From: Torpedo marmorata
Lineage: Eukaryota
Direction of reading: 5' to 3'
NCBI GenBank assembly: GCA_977017645.1
Contig: OZ360243.1
Coordinates: forward strand, 26,350,001 to 26,414,000
Length of the DNA: 64,000 nucleotides
Shown here: positions 11,601-23,779 of the stretch, one piece after another
How the letters are laid out: each line of letters opens with the position of its first letter
Numbering within the stretch: the first letter of the stretch is position 1
Translations under genes and position numbers: made by a program
Notes under the pieces: generated by a model
The model's database searches: none
Told to the model about the DNA's origin: nothing
The model's input: the letters and a program-made list of their open reading frames with translations, nothing else

Positions 11601-14600
11601 CCGGGTGTTCCCCAACCAGAAGCCCTGGATGAATCAGAGAATTCGCAACCTGCTGAGGACGAGAACAAGGGCGTTTAAGGCCGGGGACCTGGATCTTTAC
11701 AAGAAGTCCAGGCACGACCTGCACAAGGCCATCTCTGAAGCAAAGTGGCAATTCCGAAGGAAGCAAGAGACAGAGACAGATACACGCCAGCTATGGCAGG
11801 GAGTGCAGGCCATTACAGCCTACAAAGCGAGGGCGAACACTATAGACGGCTGTGATGCTTCGCTACCCGATGAGCTGAACACCTTCTATGCCCGCTTTGA
11901 GAAGAAGAACAAAACAGTGCCTACTAGAATCCCTGAAAAGGCTGAGGACCCTGTGATATCTGTCTCTGAGGGCAACGTCAGAACATCATTCAAGAGGGTG
12001 AACCCTCGCAAGGCGTCAGACCCTGACGGCGTACCTGGCAGGGTACTGAAAATCTGCGCCAACCAACTAGCCGGAGTGTTCATGGACATTTTCAACCTCT
12101 CATTGCGGCAATCAGAGGTTCCCACCTGCTTCAAAAGGGCATCAATCATCCCGGTACCCAAGATGAGTAGTGTGGGCTGCCTCAACGACTACCGCCCAGT
12201 AGCACTAACTTCTACTGTGATTAAATGCTTTGAGAGGCTGGTCATGGCCAGAATTAACACATACCTAAGCAAAGATCTGGACCCACTGCAATTCGCCTAT
12301 CGTCACAATCGCTCCACAGCAGATGCAATATCGCTGGCTCTCCACTCAGCTCTGGATCACCTCGAAAACAGCAATTCATACATACGGCTGCTCTTCATCG
12401 ACTACAGCTCGGCCTTCAATACCATTATTCCCTCAGTGCTGGTCAAGAAGCTACAAACTCTAGGCCTCTGTACCCCCCTCTGCAACTGGATCCTTGACTT
12501 TCTCATCGGAAGACCACAGTCAGTACGAATTTGAAACAACGTCTCCTCCTCACTGATTATCAACACAGGCGCACCCCAAGGATGCGTGCTTAGTCCACTG
12601 CTCTACTCGTTATACACCCATGACTGTGTGGCCAGGCACAATTCCAATGCCATCTACAAGTTTGCCGATGACACCACAGTTGTCGGCAGAATCACAAACG
12701 GCAATGAGGAAGCGTACAGGAGGGAGATAGATCAGCTCGTTGAATGGTGTAATGGCAACAACCTTGAGCTCAACTTCAGCAAAACCAAGGATTGTGGACT
12801 TCAGGAGGAAGTCAGGGGAACACGACCCAGTCCTCATTGAGGGCTCAGTAGTGGAGAGGGTCAAGAACTTCAAATTCCTGGGTGTCAACATCTCCGAGGA
12901 TCTGTCCTGGAGCATCCACGTTGATGCAATCACAAAGAAGGCTCGTCAGCGGCTATACTTTGTGAGGTGTCTGCAGAGATTCGGTATGTCACCGAAGACT
13001 CTCGTAAACTTCTACAGGTGTACCGTGGAGAGCATTCTGGCTGGTTACATCACTGCCTGGTATGGAGGCGCCAACTTCCAGGACAAGAGTAAACTCCAGA
13101 GGGTTGTTAACTCGGCCTGTGACATCACAGGCACCAAACTTCACTCCATCGAGGACATCTACATGAGGCAGTGTCTTAAAAAAGCAGCTTCTATCCTCAA
13201 AGACCCCCACCACCCAGGCCATGCCCTCTTCACTCTGCTTCCATCGGGAAAAAGGTACAGGAGCCTAAAGACGAGCACTCAACAGCACAAGGACAGCTTC
13301 TTCCCCGCTGCCATCAGATTCCTGAATAATCAATGAACCAAAGACACTGCCTTACTTTTCGTGCACTATTGTTTATCATTTTTTATAGTAATGTCGTAAG
13401 ATGGTTAATATGAATGTTAATTGCACTATGATGCTGCCGCAAAACACCGAATTTCATGACTTGTTCATGACAATAAATTCTGATTCTGTTTCTGATAACG
13501 CTAGTGCGTCTGTGAGTCCGTAGGCCGGCACATAACTGGCAACTTGCGCTCACTGCCTCCTTCGCCAGCGTCTGCTGGGCGAAACTGCGCAAAATCCACA
13601 AGCTATGTCTGTGCTCGGGCCCAGACCCAGACCCAGCGAGATTCCCCTTTCCCTGCGGCCACATTGCGTTCAGCCGGTGCTGGCCAGGCAGCCGAGTAAC
13701 CCCGATGGCTGCAGCTCGCAGCTGGTTACTTATGACGCCCTTTGCAGCTGCTGCAACAAGTGAACAACTCTCTCCGAGTGGTCATGGCTAAGAGATCGGT
13801 GGGTTGTACTTGACAGTTGGATGTGTTACCAATGGGGAACATTTAGAAACAACAAGCAGGGAGATAGTCTTTTCCAGCATTGTCAACGCTTCGGGAGAAA
13901 AGGGGGGGCGAAGAATGGATTTGGGCAAGAGGGTTCGAGTTGGGACCGGTTGGAGGAAGCCGGCCGGTGTCGGGACTGTGCGTCTGAAGTCGCGTCGGGG
14001 TGGCTCGCAGATGCAGACGCAAATGCAAGTTGTGTGGAACAAACATGTTACACACTGCAAGTGCAAGTACACACTCCCTCAAAGGTCAAATTACCTGAAG
14101 AGACTTGTTTTGGACCTTGGGGTGGGAGAGGGAAGTTATGATTAAAGCTTTGCTGAAAAAAGGCATCACTCACCAGTGGTGGAAGTGGCAGTGGACTCAG
14201 TTGTGCTGGTGGTTGTTGATATTTCTTCTGAAGGGAAACAAAAGCAATAACATTTCATTCATTCACATCGACTGGTAGATTTTGTATCACTGTCAAATTC
14301 AGTGGATATTTTTCAATGTTGAAGGGATTGCTCACAGTCGAGAAAAACCTCTTGCATTAATTATCATCTTTAGAAACTCAAAGGACTATCGACCAATAAA
14401 TGGTTTCACAATATAGTCATTGCTTAAAATTTGAACACAGCGAATAATTTATGAACTGCCCATCGTAAAAATGTAACATATTGTGTGTAAAAATTATTTT
14501 CTGCGAAATGTTGGTTTTATCATTGCTATTAATCAAGAGGATGGAAATGTTTACTAGTCACTTGCTGCAAGGTTTTGTACATCTGAAGCAGCAGCAGACC

Positions 14601-17600
14601 CGGAATAATATCTGAGGCAGAAGATCAAATATTGGGCACTGCTGCACTTCCTTTTCTTCGTCTTGAGTCTCCTCAAGATACAATGCAAAAGACGATATCA
14701 TAACATAAGAACATAAGGAATCGGAGCAAGAGTAGGCCATTCAGCCCGTCATGCCAGTTCTGCCATTCAATGAGATCATGGCTGATCTCATGATAGGCTC
14801 AACTCCACCTACCTGCCTTTTCCCCATATCTGTTAATTTCCCCTACCAGGTAAAAATTTATCCAACCTTGTCTTGAATATATTTAATGAGGTAGCCTCCA
14901 CTGCTTCAATGGGCAGCAAATTCCACAGATTCACCACCCTCTGGGAAAAGCAGTTTTGTCCTAAATCCACTACCCTGAACTTGAGGCTGTGTCCCCTAGT
15001 TCTAGTCTCCCCCAACAATGGAAACAAATTACCTACCTCTATCTTATGCCTTTCAAAATTTCATACATTTCTATCCCCTCTTATTCTTCTAAATTCTAAG
15101 TCCAAGACAACTCAATCTCTCCTCATAGGCTAACGCCCTCATCTCTGGAATCAACCTGGTGAACCTTCTCTGAACAGTCACCAAATCCAGTACATCCTTC
15201 CTCAAGTAAGGCGACCAGAACTGTATACAATACTCCAACATGAGTTTCTGAGCTAAAATTGCAGACTAAAGATGAAAGGATGAAATCCAGATAATGAAGA
15301 TGAATTGTTCTGCATAAGAAAATGGATTTGATAACAGAAACCTGTTTGTGTACATTGAGGGAAGAGATCACTCACCAGCTGTGGAACTGATGGTAGATTC
15401 AGTTGTGTACATTGGTGTTGTTGTTTCTACTGGAAACCAATGATCACACCATCATTACAGTCAATTGGAAGAATAACATATATCAGGGAGAAACAACAGT
15501 AACAGCATAGAACCACAAATTATAAAAGAGCGTACAAATTAATTTGAGCAAATTCACTGTAAACAGATACAATATTAGTTGGGGATATCACCTGCATCTG
15601 AAGCAAACTCTGCATTAAATCTGCACAATTTTGGTCAGATTTAAGGAGAATTCCCTTCAGTAGACTAGAGTCCAGGTTACATGGTCAGTTATAATGTTGA
15701 CAAATCATTGAAAACTAAAAGACAACATAGTCACCAGAACATTCTTGGGGCATTGCATCCCTCCATCTGTGCTGGTAATGGTCAAAATACAACAAACAAG
15801 CATAACTGTGTTACAATATCTGTTAATCTTAACGAATTGAGAGAAGACATCACTCACCTGTTGTATAAGCGGTGGTAGACTCAGTTGTTGTTGTCTTTGA
15901 AGTTGGTGATTCTTCTGCAGAAAAAGGAGTTTTCACGTCCATTATATTTCATTTCCAGAATGACTCAATATCGAGCAAAGTAACAGAAATAAGGTTAATT
16001 GCATGGAATAAACACAGAATGTGCTGAATAATTGCAGCAAGTGACTAGAAATTGACAGTCATCATTATGCATTTATTCTGCATCTCAAACAACCTCAAAA
16101 TCAAATGATTGTCATGTATGTGCATCAAATGTCAGCATGAGTGTAAGTCTCATTCAGCATTCTGTCAACCAGTTGGAGTCATGGACATAGAGTTGTACAG
16201 CAGAGAAGTGGTCCCGTCAGCCCACCTCATCAACACCAGTCTTGGCAACATCCTGCAGAGTCTTTTCCACACTCTCTTCAGCTCAATGATATTCGCGTCT
16301 ACAACGCACCACCTTACACTTGTTTGGATTGATTGGCATTTGTCAAAGCTCTACCTCACTTTCCACCTGATCCATATCTTGCTGGAGCCTTAATCAAACC
16401 ACCCCACAATCCACGGTATCACCAATTGCTCTGTCATTTACAAACATACTACTCATTCCTTCACATTCAACTCCAGGTTAAAAGATGCGACATTCCAAAA
16501 AATTCACTGCAATTCTCCGTTTTGATTCTCAAGTTCTCTGCATGGCTCAGTATAGTAGATAAAGATGATGATGGCCAAGACCAAAAGCCTACGATCATTG
16601 TATACTGAATTCAAATTACATCATTAAATACTCATGAGAGACATTTTACTCAGTGTGACACAAGCCAGCTGAATTTAGTCATTTTCATTTGACAAAGATT
16701 AATTCAAAGTACTTCTGTAAAATGTATTGCGGACCAATTCTTACAATATTTATATCAACAACCATTGCAGATGCAGAAGCAAATGCAAGTTGTGTGGAAC
16801 AAACTTGTGACACACTGGAATTGCATAAACACTCTCTCAAAGGTTAAATTACCTGAAGAGGTGTGTTTTAGATCTTGCGGTGGGAGAGGGAATTTGTGTT
16901 CAAAGCTTTGATGAAAAAGGCATCACTCACCAGTGGTGGAAGTAGTTGTGGTCTCAGTTGTGCTGGTGGGTGTTGATGTTTCTTCTGAAGGGAAACAAAA
17001 GTAATGACATTTAAATCTTCTATCTAGACTGGGAGATTTTGAATGACTGTCAAATTCAGTAGATATTGCACAATGTTGAAGTGATTGCTCATGGTATAGA
17101 AGAGTGTCTTGCATTTCTTATCATCTTTTCAAACTTAAGTCAAGTCAAGTTTATTGTCATCTGATTGCACAAGTACAACCCAACAAAACAGCGTTCTCCA
17201 GTCCTCGGTGTAAAACATGCAGACACACAACTAGACGTGACACACAAACAATATATCTGCAGTACAAGTATTCATATATACAAATAAATAAATACATTTT
17301 GTTTAGTAAATATGAGAGTTTTGGATGGTTAGTGTGAGCAGTTCCATTGGTCGTTCAGCATTCTCACTGCCCGCAGGAAGATTCTATTTTTCAGCCTGGT
17401 GGTGCTGGCTCTGATACTCCTGTATCTCTTTCCCGACAGTAGCAGCTGAAAGATGCTGTGTGTGGGGTGGAAATTGTCCTCAATGATTTTGTGTGCTCTC
17501 TTCAGTAACGATCCCAGTTGATCATGTCGATGGGTGGAAGGGAGACTCCAGTGATCCACTCAACCACTCTAATGATCCTGTGGATTGACCTCCGATCCAT

Positions 17601-20600
17601 TTCTCTGCAGCAACCACACCATACTGTGATGCAGCCAGCCAGGACACCCTCGATATAGCTCTTAATGGTGGCTTGTAGCCTTGCCTGCTTCAGTCTTCTC
17701 AGGAAGTGCAGTCGCTTCCTGACACGTGAGGAGGTTTTGTGTGTCCACGATAGATCACTAGTTAAGTGAACTCCAAGGAACGTGGTCCTCTCCACTCTCA
17801 CCACGACAGAGTTATTGATGTGTAGTGGAGGATAGTCATTTCTGGTCCACCTGAAGTCCACGATCTTCTCCTTCATCGTGTCCATGTTGACACTAAGGTT
17901 GTTACTCTCGCCCCATATCACAAGACTTTCCACCTCTTTTCTGTAGTGCAACTCATTGTTGTTGCTGATGAGGACAACTACTGTTGTATCATCTGCAAAT
18001 TTATAACCCTGTTGGAGCTGGATCTGGCGATGCAGTCATGGGTCAGTAGCATGAAGAGGACTATCAACCAATAAATGGTTCCAAAATATAGTCATTGGTT
18101 AAATTTGGTCACACAGCATTTAATTGATGAACTGCCCATTCTAAAAAAGGAAACATTTATTGTGGCTAAAATCTATTTATTGCAAAATGTTGGTTTAATC
18201 ATTGTTATTAGTCAAGGTGGTGGAAATGTTTCTGGTCACTTACTGCAAGATTTTGTACATCTCACACACCAGACTCACAGACCTGGACTCACAACTATGC
18301 AGAATGTCAAACATTTGGCACTGCTGTACTTGCTTTGTTTTGCTAGTATGATAACATGAGCTACTGAGCTGAAATTGCAAGACTGAAGAAAAGATGAAAG
18401 CCAGTCATTGGAGATTAGTTGTTGTGAATGGACGTGATTCAAGAAACATTGAGAGAAGATGTCACCCATGATGGTGTAATCATTTTATTCACAGAAGAAC
18501 AACCGCACTGATGACAACAACTGAGTCTACAACCAGTCTCAATTGTGGTTGTCAGCGCGTTTGTGTCTTCAGTGAAAAAAATGATGACACCATCATTACA
18601 TTAAACTTTGGAATTATATTGATGTACCAAATGTAAAACATATTTCTTATAATTGAACTTTAGTGAAGATGGAATTGAACAAATGAACTCAATAGCACAC
18701 AAACTTACAAGGATCCAGTTTTCACTGCCAGTTACATTGCTGCTAATCACTACAAAAGGGACAATTTTGACAGCTTAACATGCTTAGTGTGTTACAGCCC
18801 TTCATCAGTGTTGACAATACAGTAAAAGTCCAAAAATCCAGATGCCAGAAATCCAGACCACCCAAGAATCTGAACTCCTCGAATACTCTCAAACGTTTTA
18901 AATTTAGCGGGCTTTTGTGTGTACGTGCGTGCTAAGCACCACAGATGCATAGAAGTCGCAGAAATTAACAAATAAATATTAACAGTATTTTCTTTTTTTG
19001 TATTTTGTATTTTATATGAAAACATGTTTCATTAATAAACTATCAAAATTTACCTACTCATATCTTCTTTATTCTCCTTAAATTTGAATTTTAAAGGTAC
19101 TGCCCAAGAATCCTGAAAATCTGAAAAGCAAGTCCTACCCAATCCCGGACCAATCCTGCAATTTGGTTTTTATGACTTTTACTGTAGTCAGTAACAACAC
19201 ATGAGTTTGTGGTATATCTAACCAAAATTGTGCTAAAATATCTGTTGAAAAATATTGAAAGAAGTTTTGTCTCACCAGTTGTGTAACTGGTGGGAGACTC
19301 AATTGTGGTAGTGTCTGTAATTTTTGTTTCTCCTGCAAATAAATACATTCATGACCATTTCATTCCATATGAAAAATAACACGATTGAGACAGGAGTAAC
19401 CTAATCAATATTTATTGTGTGGATTAAAAGAGAACACGCAAAACAATGCAGCATTGACTCAAAATTTATGATCAGAATCTATATTCAGCAGTAGTATTCA
19501 CTGGGTGTTTAATCTGTATCACAAAAAAAATAGACCACATGAGTATCATGTGGTGAGCCTGAGTATGTGCATCATTCATCATGCTGTTGTCCATTTGCAG
19601 TCATAGTCACGGAGTTGTACAGCAGAGTATTTGGCCCTTCAGCTTTCCTGTCCTGGTTTACATTTTTGTCCATCTCCACTCATCTTATTTGACACATTCA
19701 AGGAACAGTGGTCCTAATCTGTAGGTTTCTCCATTCATCAACCTTTCTTCATCCTCCAGCACTTAAAGTCCACCCCAATTTGATTTCTAAAATGTCTGAC
19801 ACAAGTTGGTTGATTTTAGATGTCTGTTTAAAGAGGAGTCAAAACAACTTGTGTGGAAATTGTTGCAGAAGTTTTCTTTCAGTATTTAGTGCAATGCCCT
19901 CTATTGGGAATTACAGTGAAGTACCAAGAGGGCAAATGAATGAACTTTTATTGAAGTTTGATGGAAGTTACATTTCAGCAAATAAACCTCATGAATGTCA
20001 ATTACACACTGACAAAGGCTATCACTTACCTGTTGTGGAGGGGGTGGTGCTTAGTGTCACCGTGGTAGTTGTTTCTTCTGGAAAATAATAAAGGCAGTCA
20101 AAACACAAGAACCAAATCTGTATCTTAATTTTGCCAATATGCTGATTCATATGCAAACATAAGTTGTTTGGAACAAAATTGATTTATATTGCAAGTGTAG
20201 ATCTGCTCTATTACCCTTATTAATCAGATTAGCTGATGAGAAATGGACTGGAAGAATTAACTTGTGTTGAAAGATCTGGAAACGTTTCTCGAAAAAGGCA
20301 TCACTCACCAGTTGTGGAATTGCTTGTGGACTCAGTTATGCTGGGGGTGGTAGATGTTTCTTCTCAAGACTCCATCAGGCTGTTGTTCATTGACTACAGC
20401 TCGGGTTCAACACCATCATACCAGCAAAGCCTTTGATCAAACTGAAGGATCTGGCACTCCATTTGTCCCTCTGCAACTGTGTGCTTAATGCCCTACTCTG
20501 CTCTTTGTACACTCATGACTGTGTAGCCAAATTCGGCTCCAACCTAATCCACAAATTCACTAACAACACACCGCTGTTGGCTGAACTACTGGAACTGATG

Positions 20601-23600
20601 AGTCAGAATACAGAATGGAGATTGAGAATCAGGTTGGGTGGTGCCAGAACAACAACCTTGCTCTCATTGTCACCAAGACCAAGGAGCTTATTGTTGATTT
20701 TAGGAAGGTGAGGCCAAGGGACCACGCACCTGTCCGCAATCATGGGACAGAGGTGGAGAGGTTTGAAACCTTCAGGTTCCTGGGAGTCCATATTTCAGAA
20801 AACTTCTCCTGAAATATGGACTCCCAGGAACCTGAAAGCACCTCAAAGCAACCAAGAAGAAGACACAGCAACACCTCTACTTTCTCAGGAGTCTGAGGAG
20901 ATTTGCCATATCGTCGACTACTCTATCAAACTTCCACAGATACACTGTGGAAATTATACTCACAGGTTGCATTGCAGCCTGGTTTGGGAATTCCACTGCC
21001 CAGGAACACAGAAGGCTCCAGAAGGTAACAAACATAGCCAGGTCCATCACAAGCTCCAAACTCCCATCCATTGAATGCTTTGAGTGAGGCTCTGCCTCAA
21101 GAAGGCAGCCAACATCATAAAGAATCCCATCACCCTGGTCACAACCTCTTCTCATTGCTACCTTCAGGCAGAAGTCACAGAAGCATGAAGAACAGCACCT
21201 CTCGGTTCAAGATTAGTTTCTTTCCAACAGCTATCAGGCTTTCGAACCTCCCCATGTTACACTACTCAGAGACTTCTCCTACACCAAAAAAGGACTATTT
21301 GCCAAGTCACTTTGTATGTACTTGGATAACTGTGAGTATTTATTACCTGTGTCTTTTTGTATTATTGTCTCTTTTTAATTCAATTAAATAAACTATTGTG
21401 TCTGTAGTTGTTTTTACAAAGTACCTGTTCAGCTGCAGCAAGAAAGAACTTTGAGACCTATGTACATTGTACAATGTTTATGACAGTAATCTCATCATCA
21501 TTATCAAGAGAAACAAAAGCATTGACAATAAATTCATCCATCATGCCTTTTTTGACTTCAATATTTATGCTGTTGCTCATTCAGTTTGGCTTGCTTTCCT
21601 GAATGGTACTCATCAGGTAATACCCAGATACAGAATGTGAGGAACATTCTGATTTGCATTCATTCATATCATCATAATTTGGCTGTGCTAGCAGCTCGAA
21701 GCCCAGGTATGACCTGCAATTTTGCATTGACCTTCAGTTATAAATAAAAGTTCAGACTATTTTCTCATCCAATGAAGCAAAAGGTTTGCTTTTGACAACA
21801 GCAGCTGCTTTTGGCTTAGTCCTGTGAGGCAGGTGGGTTTTGGGGCAGCAGCAGTGGTGAATGTGACTGGAGATGAGTCAAGTTGGCTGAATCCTACTTT
21901 TGACTTGTGGAGCCAAGAGGGACAAACACCTTTTCTCAGTGGGGTTTGGCATCTCTTTCAGACCCTGAAGATCTTATCAGAGTATAATTGCTAATTATCA
22001 ACATCATCAAACGTGTTGGAATATGACAAACTGTTTGTGATTCCCATTTTGTGAATATTATTTCCTAAAATACAGACATATTGATATCCTGTTTCACCCT
22101 TAGGTCTTACTATTTTTTCTTATTATTTTGCAAACATTACTTCCTGTTAATCATCATTTCACAATTGCCAATAGTTATTTTAACTGAGTTCTTTCATATT
22201 TTTGTCTCTTTGAGTTGGTAGAATGGCGAAGTACATTTATATTTTGTCATATTACTTTGTGAATATGTTTTGTTTATTAAAATTGAAAACTTATCTCTCT
22301 ACCTGTGCTGGTGATGGTTGAAGAAATTGTTGAAGTTGATGTCGGTAGCGTTGTGGTCAACAGTGTTGTCGATGGAACAGTTGTGGTGGTTCGTCCTGTT
22401 ATGAAAATGCACACAATAAAACTGTGCTCCTTATCTATTTGTGAATATTCTTTAAAGTACCACTCAGGAAACAAAAATTCACTCTTGTCAAATTCACAAA
22501 TCACTACTCAAAAATTAGAGATGCGGAATAAAATTCCTCTCATGTAATATACATGGGAAAACAAACAAACAAATATATAAATAAATGACAGAAAATACTC
22601 AAGAAACAACAAATTTTATTTTTATTTTTTTTGTCATAATTCTGTAAGCTAAAATGTTTTCAATATAACATTACTGCGCCAATTGGGTTGACACTCGCTG
22701 CCTCAGTAGAGCAGCCAACATACTGAAAGACCCATTCCACCTTGGACATCATCTGTTTGAGCTGCTGCCCTCTGGTAGACGCTTCAGGTCCATTAAATCA
22801 CAGACAAACAGACTTAAGAACAGCTTCTACCCCAGAGCCATATCAGAACTGAACACTGCCAAGCACTGACACCGATTGGTTGGGATCTGTGTGACTATCA
22901 GCACTACAATACTGTACTTCAGTCACACCTAAAGAACAGTTGTATACAAATACAACTGCACCTTTTTATGTATATATTTCGGACTGCATTATTTGTATAT
23001 AGAGCCACTACATTACAACTGCACTTTTGTATGTAAATATTCCCAACTGCACTACTTGTATAGAGGGCCACTGCAATTTTCAATTCCAGTAAATGTGCAA
23101 TATCGAGAAGTGCAATATCTCAATATCTCAGTTGCTTTTGTATTGTTTTATATTTTATTGTTTTCATTTTTAATTGCTGTTTGATTTGTGTGAATGCACC
23201 GTTAGGATTGCTAATTAATTTCATTGTACTCTGTGCAATGACAATAAAGGAATATCTATCTAATCACAGCTAAGTCCCTCCTTTGACATCCCTTTTCCAG
23301 TCTGAGAACAGACGTCTCACAGTGTGTAGCTGCATTGTGGGGACCAACATGAGCCATGGCCAGTTCCTTAAAATAATCCCTCTGTCTTTGCTCCACTTCC
23401 ATTAAGTCACCATGCTTTAACCAATTGCCCCGGAACTCCTTCTTCACTATCTTTCTCCTATGAACCCCAAATCTCAAATCCCAACCCTTTTCATGATATC
23501 CTACTTCCTGAACTTTATCCTAATCATCATAGGCAAAGAGCGAAGCAGCACTGCAGTCTGAGACACCTGTTCACATGTCCTCTGATTGGAGAGGGCATGG

Positions 23601-23748
23601 CAAAGGAGAGACTCAGCAGTGATTGCCACCCAAAGCACTGACATCATATCCCAAACTCTGGCTCCACAGTATTGAAAGACAAAGTAAAAATTGACAAAAT
23701 TTGTTGTTTTTTGCAAAAGCTTTGACCATTCCCAAAGACTGATGTTGA

Positions 23749-23779
<31 letters not shown>

